40,925 nt of DNA from Chiloscyllium plagiosum (taxonomy: Eukaryota): positions 10,047,442 through 10,088,366 of the forward strand of contig NC_057756.1 of NCBI RefSeq assembly GCF_004010195.1, written 5' to 3'. Of the stretch, positions 1-10,269 are shown piece by piece. The notes beneath the pieces are model-generated. The model ran no database searches and was not told the origin of the DNA. It saw only the letters and a list, made by a program, of their open reading frames with translations. Within the stretch, counting starts at the first letter, position 1. Every line of letters starts with the position of its first letter. The translations under genes and the position numbers were made by a program.

Positions 1-399
1 CTGCCATCCATCACATACTGTTGCTGTTGCAAATTCCTCATCGCTTCTGTCAGTCTGTCCAACCGGTCCACTTGATCTGATAAGATTCGCATCCAACAGC
101 ATTTATGGCAGATATAATCCGCAGTAACCCTTAAATTCTCTTTAAACTTCCACATCTGACAAGAAGTACATATCACTGCAAAGGCCATTTTTGCTCCTTC
201 ACAATCTACAGACCCAGAAAATAACACCATCTTATTCCTCTACAAACACTGCCCCATGTTAAATTAATAGTTATATTTTAAGTTTAATCAAGAGACTTAT
301 CTCCAAAAACATATAATCAAGAAAGAATCCACTGTACCCACTACTGCAGCCTTTCTCTTGGACAGACTTAAAACAACAATTGACTTATCTGATTCTGTT

Positions 400-1975
400 G
401 GCTTCTGTCTTCCTTTTATGTATTTGAAGAGGTTCTTGCTGTCCATTTTGATATTACATGTGAGCTTAGCCTTCAAGTTTATTTTCTCCCTATTTATTTT
501 TGGAAACCAACAAAAGATGACCAAACTTTCCCAGTCCTCTGACTTATTAACATTTGCCACATTTTATGTATGTGTTTTCCTTTCGATTTGTGCTATCTTC
601 AACTTCCTCACTGGAATAGGTCTTTGCTGTAAGCCACAAATTATTACCTTAAACATCTGCCATTTGTTCCTCAACTACCTTTGTTGCTAAACTCCATTCC
701 TCGTGCACTCCAGCCAGCTCCACCCTTGGTCCTGAATAATTTGCCTTATTTGAGCTTAGCACAGTTGTTTCCAACCCAAGTTTTTCTATCTCGAACTGAG
801 TACTAAATTCTATCATCAGGGTCACTGTTTCCAAGGAGATATCTGACATCATTTATTAAACTTTGCACATCTTCAGATCCAAGATAGCCTAATTCATGGT
901 TAAATCCACAACGTATAGTTCTAGGAAACTATAGCAAATACATTCTATGAGTTCTTCCTCATGGATTCCTCTGCCAACCTGACTATCCCAATCTACATTT
1001 ACTGTCTTTGTTACATGTCCTTGTTTTCTCCTGATTTATTCTCTGTCGCCCTGCCTCACTACTGTTAGGGGGCCTATAGACTACTCCTCCCAGTGTTGTC
1101 TTTTCCTTTTTTACTTCTGCTGCCCACCCCGTATGGATTCTGCATCTTCTGATTCAAGATCATTTCTTGCTATCATGTTTATTCCATCCTGTACTGACAA
1201 TGTTTCCCCACCACCCTTTCCTTCCTGCCTATCCTCTTCAGAAGTCACCATACTCTGAACATTTTAGTTTCCAGCTTTGATCACCTTGTCCTTTGATCAC
1301 GTAATCATTAACCTGTGATGATGCCATTAATTTGGTCTGAATACTAAATGCATTCAAGTAGAATTAATTTTGCTTTTTTGCCATTTTTTTCCCTCTTTAG
1401 ACCCTATTTACAGCTGTTTTCCTGTTTGCAAATTCTGTCCCATCCTGTTCTCCTCTGGTTATAGTTATCCAAACAGTTGCCCTGTAATGCAGCGATATCC
1501 TCTTGCTTTGTCAGCTGATATTTCCCCTCCTCCCAAATTCATCCCCCCTTCCTTAATTAGTTTAAAGCTGTCTCTACAGTCCTAATTATTCAACTCACCA
1601 GGAATCTAGTCCCAGCACAGTTCAAGTGAAGCCCATCCCACCAGAATAGCCCCTTTTACCCCAGTCCTGGTGTCTGTGCCCATTCTACCCATACCAGTCT
1701 GAGCTATGCAAATAACTCCTTGATTTTAATTACTCTATGCTGATTTATCCATGGCTCAGGTAGCAATCTAGTAATTATTACCTTGTACGCTCTTCATTTG
1801 AAGTACTGATTTTTAATTTCACTCCGTGTTCAAAGACTTTCGGTAAAACACCCTTTCCAGATCCATCAATGTTGGTGATATCAATGTGGGTGATAATGAC
1901 TCTATTTCACCTGTCTCTCTTAAAATTCCTCTCCAGCCTCGGGGAGATGTCCCTAACATGCAACACTGCCTTTAG
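400..1975 (-). mobile_element. Degenerate CR1-type LINE remnant
   Basis: Minus-strand fragments such as NLFKYIKGRQK and nucleotide resemblance to CR1 ORF2/ORF1; boundaries approximate. Confidence 0.55.
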
Positions 1976-2039
1976 GACTCCCAATCACAGCTGATCAAGA
2001 CCCCTGACCCTGATCAAGATCGAGCCCAAAAAGGATTAC

Positions 2040-3045
2040 TCTAAATATCTCATCATGCACATGTGACAATGCAGGAGTCCTTTCACCCTACTTTGGGAAC
2101 ACCAGTCTCAAATATGTTGCTAATTTCATTCTAATAGATTAGAGTGAAAAATTACAAGGAGATAATTGACAAGAAATTAAAAATATTACTTTCAACACAT
2201 CGTAGGGCTGTGCGGAGATCCTCGAGTTCACGAGAAACCTTGTAAACATACAGAACATATGGAATGTCACGATCATCTTCAGACATGGAACTGTCCATCA
2301 GAATATCTTTGTGTACATCCCCTTGTCCATAACATACCACTGGAATAAGAGACCACATAATAAATCAGTTATCATGATACATGACAAGTGTTTACTCAAT
2401 CTCAGCAGGAACAAAATTCTCAAGTGCCAGAGAAAAAGGGGGATTAAATTTATAGTTGCAGGCCATTAATCGCATTAAGCTTCTTCTCATATTCAACCTT
2501 CTTGCTCATATATGATCCTCTTTCAGCCACCATCCTCCTCACACATATCTCCCCTAAAATTGTCCGCTTCCTCTCCCTTCTCCAGACTGCTTCCCATTCC
2601 TCTTCGTCAACTCTTCAACTTTTTTTTCACCCTCCCCCAATACCCATCGCCCCCATCCATTCCACTTCCTTGGCTGAGTACAGGTCCAACAACTATCGAG
2701 AAACTCAGCACTATAAAGGAAAAAGAGCAGCCCACTTTGTTAAACCTTACTGGGGTCGTGTGCTGGAAACCAAGTACAGGGTGACTGGTTTGTACTTATG
2801 AAAGGTGTCCCTGACGTACTAATTCAAAGTCACAGCTTACAGCACCTGTTGACATTAAAATAAACTGATATTTTAGTGAACAGTAACAGCTCCTGGGCTG
2901 GTGGGGATCAAATGGCTTCTCTGCTTCTTCAATGTTCAGAACTGTTCATTAACCCAAGAACCAATCACATAGTCTTTGACAGGCAAATGACCTTTGTAAT
3001 CAATAATAGTCATTAGTCCACCATCCAATCCGATGCCTTAAAACA
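2040..3045 (-). pseudogene. Decayed coding-like relic of unknown family, apparently continuing at about 4060-4200 beyond the Tx1 insertion
   Basis: Long protein-like stretches (YKFNPPFSLALENFVPAEIE*...EDDRDIPYVLYVYKVSRELEDLRTALRCVESNIFNFL) with scattered stops. Confidence 0.3.
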
Positions 3046-4058
3046 ACGATGCTCGCACCAGTTGGAGAATGCTCAGGTGTGCGGTGGAATCCCGTCTGTG
3101 TTTACCCCTGCCCGGACGGAATTTCACATTGGTCCCAAGGTCCCATAATTCCCGCGGGAGCCTGTGCCCCACAACCTGAGCTGCCTCCGGAATTTTAGTT
3201 TTGTCCCTTTTAAGGACGTAAGGACGTAAAAAGGCGAGCCCTGTATTGACTGCTGCTGCACACCGTCCACCTCTCCTCCCATCCACCGTCCGGACATGCC
3301 TTGGCGTGCCCATTCACCACCGGGCGGTGGGGATCCCCAGTGGAGGGCTCTCTACGTGGGAGTCCTCCCCCTTTCTCTCGGGGATCTGGGATGGAGGGTG
3401 CTGCACGCAGCGGTCCCCTGCAACCGCAGATTGTGGTGGTTCACAGACTCCCAGCCCAATTGCTTGTTCTGTGGTGCTGTGGAGTCCATGGACCACGTGT
3501 ATATTGGGTGTGAGCGTTTGCACTCCCTTTTTGATTTTCTCAAAAACCTCCTCCTTTGCTTTTGGTTGCACTTCAGTCCCATGCTCCTGATCTTCGGGCA
3601 CCCGGTACGGAGGAAGGAGGGCAGGTCTGAAGACCTCCTCATGGGTCTGCTCCTGGGCCTGGCCAAACTGGCCATAAACAGGTCCAGGCAGCGGGCCGTG
3701 GAGGGGGTCGTTAGGGTCAACTGCCTGCCCCTCTTCCGCAGTTACTTTAGAGCCCGGGTGTCTCTGGAAAAGGAACACACAATGGCCACCGACACCCTGG
3801 AGTTGTTCAGGGAGAGGTGGGCGCTGCAGGGAGAGGAGTGCATTATTTCCCCCTCCAACTCTATTTTGATTTAATCCCTGCCCTCCCATTCACTGTTTGA
3901 TCACACAGCATTGCCCTTTGATGTGAAGGGCACTGCTTGTAACAGGCTACTCGGGTGTTTCCTTTCTTTCTGGTGGTGGAAATTGAATAAAGATTTGTGC
4001 ACCTTGTGTCTCTCACTGTGTCTCACACCTGCACACACACATAAAAAAGGAGAAAAAG
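3046..4058 (+). mobile_element. 5'-truncated Tx1/L1-clade LINE (ORF2 C-terminal zinc-binding region plus 3' UTR)
   Basis: ORF 3296-3874 has LGWRVLH...CLFCGAVESMDHVYIGC (zf-RVT-type CCHC), AATAAA near 3987, an A-rich tail, insertion next to TTAAAA, and AACA on both sides. Confidence 0.88.
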
Positions 4059-4967
4059 AACACTGCCTGGCTCCAGCTCATCTACAGTGAGTATCAGGTC
4101 ATTTGCCTTAAAAAAACTGCAATAATCTTTCAATAATTGTTAATTTTAAGCATTTCTTTTACCATTTCACTCCTCAATTTAAAAATACAGAAAAATAAAG
4201 ATATATCTTCACACCTGGATTGGCATCTCATCCATCACCTTAAATGTACACTCCTTCACAGCTGACCAACAATGGCAGCGCTGTGTACCATCTCCAAGAT
4301 ATCCTGCAGCTCCTTCACAGTCCCATCACTATCCACGATCTCTGCTACCTTTTAAGAACAAGCACAGCAAACGGAGGGGGAGGCACCAACTGAAGGTACC
4401 CCTCGAAGTCCATTACAATGAGGAACTACGTCACTATCCTTCATCATCCCTGGCCCAATTCCAGGGATGGTGAAGGAAAGTGTCAGTGTAGTCACAGATG
4501 GACTGCAGGAGTGCTCAGCACCACCTTCACCAACTGTGTGACTACACACAGACATTGCATGAACAAAATGGATTTCTCAAATCTGCCCATTGAAGACTGA
4601 TCAACTTCTCTGCCCATTATGTTCTTATCACCTTTGACAGGCCTCACTGTCCACCTCCCTGTAGTACTTCCTCCGCCCCATAACCACAACTCCTCATCTC
4701 CACCAACTCCCGATCACACTTTCCAACCTCCAGATTCTGTGTTCCCTCTCCATCATGCATCCTCCCATATTGCCCTTTCCTTTCCTCACACACCCTCTCC
4801 TCCCTCCCACACATTCTCCCTCTTACCCTCCCATACTTTCTGTCTCTCCGTTCTTCTTACCCACTGCACTCTCTATCTCTTCCTTGTTCTCAACCTTCCA
4901 CAACCTCTCACTGTCCCGCACTCTCGAACAAATTCTCGCAATACCTCTCCCTTGCCTTCTCCTCTCT

Positions 4968-5165
4968 GAATCTGGATTAGTGGTGCTGGAAGAGCACAGC
5001 AGTTCCGGAAGCATCCAAGGAGCTTTGAAATCGACGTATCGGGCAAAAGCCCTTCATCAGGATTTCAAAGCTCCTCGGATGCTGCCTGACCTGCTGTGCT
5101 CTTCCAGCCCCACTAATCCAGAATCTGGTTTCCAGCATCTGCAGTCATTGTTTTTACCTCGTTGA
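4968..5165. mobile_element. Penelope-derived inverted (hairpin) pLTR remnant
   Basis: tctggattagtggtgctggaagagcacagcag... is followed by its reverse complement; mutated hammerhead core in the middle. Confidence 0.8.
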
Positions 5166-5272
5166 CTTTCTCCTCTCTGCAGCCTCCTCTACCTCCTTCC
5201 TTCTGTCTGGGCTTTGTGATTCTGAGCCCGGGGCGGGGGGTGAGGTACAAGAGCAAATTGCCCCCACCTTGA

Positions 5273-6358
5273 TTACCAACCTCTGAACCTCAGGTTCCGG
5301 TGCTTTAACCGTCTGTATAAGAAAATGGCAAGAATAATGACGATCGCGATCAAAATCCGGGTTACGTACTGGTTTTCCCAATATCCCACTGAAATTATTT
5401 GACATTGTGTTCGATCCGAGTCTCCCTCCGCTATTAACGGGAGTTGTGTTCCCGGATCCGACTCTCCCTCCGCTATTACCGGGAGTTGTGTTCCCGGATC
5501 CGACTCTCCCTCCGCTATTACCGGGACTTGTGTCCCCGGATCCGACTCTCCCTCCGGTTTTACCGGGAGTTGTGTTCCCGGATCCGACTCTCCCTCCGCT
5601 ATTACCGGGAGTTGTGTTCCCGGATCCGACTCTCCCTCCGGTTTTACCGGGAGTTGTGTTCCCGGATCCGACTCTTCCTCCGCTATTACCGGGAGTTGTG
5701 TTCCCGGATCCGACTCTCCCTCCGGTTTTACCGGGAGTTGTGTTCCCGGATCCGACTCTTCCTCCGGTTTTACCGGGAGTTGTGTTCCCGGATCCGACTT
5801 TCCCTCCGCTATTACCGGGAGTTGTGTTCCCGGATCCGACTCTTCCTCCGCTATTACCGGGACTTGTGTTCCAGGATCCGAGTCTCCCTCTGGTTTGACT
5901 GGGAATTGTGTTCCCGGATCCGACTCTTCCTCCGCTATTACCGGGAATTGTGTTCCCGGATCCGACTCTCCCTCCGCTTTTACCGGGACTTGTGTCCCCG
6001 GATCCGACTCTCCCTCCGATTTTACCGGGAATTGTGTTCCCGGATCCGACTCTCCCTCCGATTTTACCGGGAGTTGTGTTCCCGGATCCGAGTCTCCCTC
6101 CGCTTTTACCGGGAATTGTGTTCCCGGATCCGAGTCTCCCTCCGGTTTTACCGGGAGTTGTGTTCCCGGATCCGAGTCTCCCTCCGGTTTGACTGGGAAT
6201 TGTGTTCCTGGATTTGACGGTCCCTTCTGTCTGTATAAGAAAATAGCAATGACAAGCAGGATCACTGTCGTGACCCATGTCCGGCGTAAGTACTCGGATT
6301 CCCAATGTCTCTCTGGTGCTTTTTGAAGCGGTTTTCCAGAATGCGACCGTCCTGCCAT
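5273..6358 (-). CDS. Uncharacterised membrane protein: TM - (14-aa repeat)x19 - TM - basic tail, 361 aa from the first ATG
   Basis: ATG in strong Kozak context (AAAATGG); hydrophobic segments WVTTVILLVIAIFLY and ILIAIVIILAIFLY lie in the same frame on both sides of the array; several unit variants are synonymous in this frame. The frame stays open upstream to 6457, so it could be a spliced exon. Confidence 0.6.
   Translation of the reverse strand: MAGRSHSGKPLQKAPERHWESEYLRRTWVTTVILLVIAIFLYRQKGPSNPGTQFPVKPEGDSDPGTQLPVKPEGDSDPGTQFPVKAEGDSDPGTQLPVKSEGESDPGTQFPVKSEGESDPGTQVPVKAEGESDPGTQFPVIAEEESDPGTQFPVKPEGDSDPGTQVPVIAEEESDPGTQLPVIAEGKSDPGTQLPVKPEEESDPGTQLPVKPEGESDPGTQLPVIAEEESDPGTQLPVKPEGESDPGTQLPVIAEGESDPGTQLPVKPEGESDPGTQVPVIAEGESDPGTQLPVIAEGESDPGTQLPLIAEGDSDRTQCQIISVGYWENQYVTRILIAIVIILAIFLYRRLKHRNLRFRGW
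5413..6213. repeat. 42-bp tandem repeat, 19 copies (cccggatccgactctccctccgctattaccgggagttgtgtt)
   Basis: Directly visible; encodes PGTQ(L/F/V)PV(K/I)(P/A/S)E(G/E)(E/D)SD on the minus strand. Confidence 0.97.
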
Positions 6359-6747
6359 TTTCACTGGACGCCTTATTCCAGGATCCGACTCTCCCTCTGA
6401 CGGACTTTCCCTCCGCTTTTCCTGGACTTTGACTGTCGACACCGGGAGAGTTGCCAATTAGGGGTTTGGTGGATAAGGAACAACACTTTCTCTTTACTCA
6501 CTCCGCGAATTCAAGATAACATGGAACAAACTGTGTAGGAATCGGTTTTACTAAAATGCATCAAGAATGTATCCAGAGGGAATGTGAATCTCAAAATTAC
6601 GGATAGCCCTGTGTAAGCATGAAACATGGAAAACCTTGATGAAGACCAGCACTCAGCAAGTCCAAAGGGGGACAGAGTTCATGGGCTGAACATCTCGTGC
6701 TCAACATTGAGTCTCGGATGCTGTAAAGTGACTCAGAAGATGAGCTG

Positions 6748-7122
6748 CATTTCCGCCACCTCCAAAAAGACCCCACTACCAGGGATATATTTCCCTCCCC
6801 ACCCCTTTCCGCCTTCCGCAAAGACCATTCCCTCCGTGACTCCCTGGTCAGGTCCATGCCCCCCTACAACCCACCCTCCCATCCTGGCACCTTCCCCTGC
6901 CACCGCAGGAACTGTAAAACCTGCGCTCACACCTCCTCCCTCACCTCCATCCAAGGCCCTAAAGGAGCCTTCCACATCCATCAAAGTTTTACCTGCACAT
7001 CCACTAATATCATTTATTGTATCCGTTGCTCACGATGCGGTCTCCTCTACATTGGGGAGACTGGGCGCCTCCGAGCAGAGCGCTTTAGGGAACATCTCAG
7101 AGACACCCGCACCAATCAACCA
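6748..7122 (+). mobile_element. Penelope-like element, GIY-YIG endonuclease fragment
   Basis: ORF 6856 reads CHRRNCKTC...FTCTSTNIIYCIRCSRCGLLYIGETGR...RFREH. Confidence 0.9.
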
Positions 7123-7215
7123 NNNNNNNNNNNNNNNNNNNNNNNNNNNNNNNNNNNNNNNNNNNNNNNNNNNNNNNNNNNNNNNNNNNNNNNNNNNNNN
7201 NNNNNNNNNNNNNNN

Positions 7216-7889
7216 NGGGTTGTAGAGGGGGCGTGGACCTGACCAGGTAGTCATGGAGGGAACGGTCTTTGCGGAAGGCGGAAAGGGGTGGGGAGGGAAA
7301 TATATCCCTGGTGGTGGGGTCCGTTTGGAGGTGGCGGAAATGTCGGCGGATGATTTGGTTTATGCAAGGGGTGGAAGGTGAGCACCAGGGGCGTTCTGTC
7401 CTTGTTACGGTTGGAGGGGTGGGGTCTGAGGGTGGACATGTGGGATGTGGACGAGATGCGTTGGAGGGCATCTTTAACCACGTGGGAAGGGAAATTGTGG
7501 TGTCTAAAGAAGGAGGCCATCTGGTGTGTTCTGTGGTGGAACTGGTCTTCCTGGGAGCAGATACGGCGGAGGCGGAGGAATTGGGAATACGGGATGGCAT
7601 TTTTGCAGGAGGTAGGGTGGGAAGAGGTGTAATCCAGGTAGCTGTGGGAGTGGGTTTGTAAAAAATGTCGGTATCAAGTCGGTCGTCATTAATGGAGATG
7701 GAGAGTTCCTGGAAGGGGAGGGAGGTGTCGAGCACGAGGTGCTGCCAATGCAGTCATCAATGTAGCGGAGGAAGAGGTGAGGAGTGGTGCCAGTGTAACT
7801 ACGGAAGATCAACTGTTCTACGTAGCCAACAAAGAGACAGGCATAGCTGGGGCCCATATGGCTAGCCCTTTGGTCTGGAGGAAGTGGTT
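7216..7889 (-). mobile_element. Penelope-like element, reverse transcriptase/thumb fragment, frameshifted
   Basis: QTKG.AMGPSYACLFVGYVE, FLRYIDDC, TDIFYKPT; its start is an inverted copy of 6748-6875. Confidence 0.9.
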
Positions 7890-8790
7890 TTTAAACTCTA
7901 CCATGCAAGTAACCTCCATGAGCTTCATAAGCGCTTCCAGATTCTTGTCCATGTGTCCACATGTTAAAAAAAGTTTGCTGAACCATTTCAAATTCATTGT
8001 TAGTTGCATTAGACATTTGCTTTAAATTTGGAAACTTCAGTCTCCGTGTTTTCGGAATTACTGCTATGCTTCCACGATAGTCTTTTATCGCAGTGTAGAA
8101 AAAGTCTTGCTTTTTAACTTTAACAACAGTACATCTTTCCTGAGATAAGGGGAACGAGCTCAACTACATTCCCAAAGTTGTCTGCCTTGTTTTATGAAAT
8201 AACCGTCCCTGCTGCTGTTCACAGAATTCTGCTTGGCATGTTTTGATTTTACTTACATCAGGAGAGACGTCTGTTTCGTGATCAGTTTCAACATCATTAT
8301 ATGGTTTGTACAGTCACAGTGCTGAATATACTTGCAGCTTTTTCCTGGAGTAATGCATACTGGGTATGTTGCATTCCTATTAGTAATGAGTTTTACACTG
8401 CAGCTATTTTTCCAATTCCCTCAGCTTTTCGCTTTCCTTATCCAACTTTAAAACACACAATGACCACCACAGGCTGACTTATTCTTGCAAGCTTATGAAG
8501 GACACACTCATAATTACTATCGCATATTGTTACAATTTTCAGCACAGCGCCCTCTGCCAATAATCCTATCTTTTCCATAAACTATCAGTCGCATTTTAGA
8601 ATATCCCAATGCTGTGATACCTTTAATCGATAACTGCTGCATCTCAAAGCCAATTAAACACCGAAATCTGTGTTCCACTCCCGCCACAACGTTGATTTTA
8701 GAGGGGTTGTGATCACAGTTACATAATATAAGCACCGTCAGCTTTAAAACATTAAAATTGCGAAAGGTGCTATTTAGATGCAAATTTCTT
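7890..8790 (-). pseudogene. Decayed coding-like relic of unknown family, apparently continuing at about 6750-6500 beyond the Penelope insertion
   Basis: Overlapping protein-like ORF pieces (7818-8009, 7891-8163, 8517-8783), CpGs retained, no resemblance to the repeat families I recognise. Confidence 0.3.
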
Positions 8791-9229
8791 ACTTATTAGG
8801 GGTTGAATTTTCCCAGTTCCTAAACAACTTGGCAATGGCAAGTCAACTGGGAGAATGTGGTGATAATGGAAAAGTGAGATTCTTGCCGGAGAAAACAAAA
8901 TCTAACTTTCCATCCGAGGTTTGAACAGCAAGATGAGAATTTCACTGGTAAATGGTCTATTTTTCATGTATTTGCTATTCAATCTTGATTGTTTTGTTGC
9001 AGATAAATTAATGTTGGAGATCTGAAACAAAACTGAAATTGCTCGTGAAACGCGGCAGGTTTGGCAACATCAGTGCAGAGAAAGCAGAGTTAACATCACT
9101 AGTCCAGTGACACTAGATCAGACCTGGTGAATTTTGCCAGCAATGTTTGTTCATTTATCTGTAATTTATGTTGCTATTGTTTCTACCAGTTACCTCAAAT
9201 CTGTGTGATCTAGTTCTCAACTCATTCAT

Positions 9230-9869
9230 TGTCACAAACTAGTTCCTTTTTTCTCTAAAAGCTGTTTCTTGGTTCAAGGATACTTTATCCCTGATTTTTT
9301 TTCAGAGGGGCAATAAACCAGGCCAGGCTCTGATCAGTCTATTTGAGTACAGAGATGAAAAGGATTTTGAGCGGCATTTTGTTTACGTACAAACAGATTA
9401 GGCCAAAACAGTCATGTTTTAGAAGTGACCTGCATAAACAAAGGGGAGTGGTCAGCTCTCTAGTTGGGCTGAGCTGTTTTTAGTTCAGTCTTGAACTGGA
9501 AAGTTCAACAGGGAGCTGTGTGGAAACTCTCTCTCTTTTCTGCCCTTCAACTTCAACCGATAGCATGTATTCCATCTATACTGGTTTTTAAAGGGAGTTT
9601 TGCTTTATTGGGACTGTTGTGTGTATTCGGAACAGCATAATTAAGTCTAGCTGGATAGGTTGAGTTCTATAGAGGTTCTTCATTCTGTTCTTTGTGTTTC
9701 ATTGTATCAATTTGTGAATAAAGTTTTTGTCTGTTTTAAAATTTAGTAGTCAACTTAGCTATCTAACTCTGGGTAATTTTCACTATACATTTACCAAAAC
9801 AAATTGCAAACTTACAGTTTGGGCTGCCTGCTGAAGAATGTTTTGTGTGGTCTGGCCTAAATCATAACA
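9230..9869 (+). mobile_element. Solo LTR (640 bp)
   Basis: TGT...ACA termini, perfect 5-bp TSD TTCAT (9225-9229, 9870-9874), internal AATAAA near 9717. Confidence 0.85.
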
Positions 9870-10269
9870 TTCATCAATTTTTAAAATTCATTCATGGAAT
9901 GCAGATGGAACATGGATGGGCCAGTCTTTATTCTCCATTCCTAATTGCCTATCGTGAGCTGCCCTCTTGAAGCACTGCAGTCCATGTGGTGTAGGTAGAC
10001 CACAATGCTATTAGATAGGAAATTCCAGATTTTGACCCAGCAACAGTAAAGGAACCGTGACACATTTCCAAGTCAAGACAGTTTATGCCTTGGAGAGGAT
10101 GTTGCAAGTGAGTGTCTTGTATGTCTGTTCCCTTTAGTCTTGTGGGAGAGGTCACGTGGTTCAGAAGCTGCCTTTGTAGGAGCCTTGGTGAGTTACTGCA
10201 GTGCGTCTTGCAGATGATTGATCAATGGGAACAGTTTCTCTCCACCTACTGTGCCCAGATATCTTGTGA

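Noticed and set aside
5413..6213. CRISPR-like or non-coding satellite reading of the 42-bp array
   Set aside because: Units are contiguous with no unique spacers, there are no cas genes, and the context is eukaryotic; a coding frame with TM flanks explains it better
5154..6326. Alternative-frame ORFs over the array (GGRVGSGNTTPG, VFPDPTLPP, CSRIRLSLR, CVPGSDSP)
   Set aside because: By-products of a stop-poor 42-bp unit; they lack coherent flanking sequence
3038..7895. Single 4.85-kb insertion joining HGGYLHGRV* to GIGLDGGL
   Set aside because: The join contains a stop, and the Tx1 and Penelope insertions each have their own local junctions, so the match is probably coincidental
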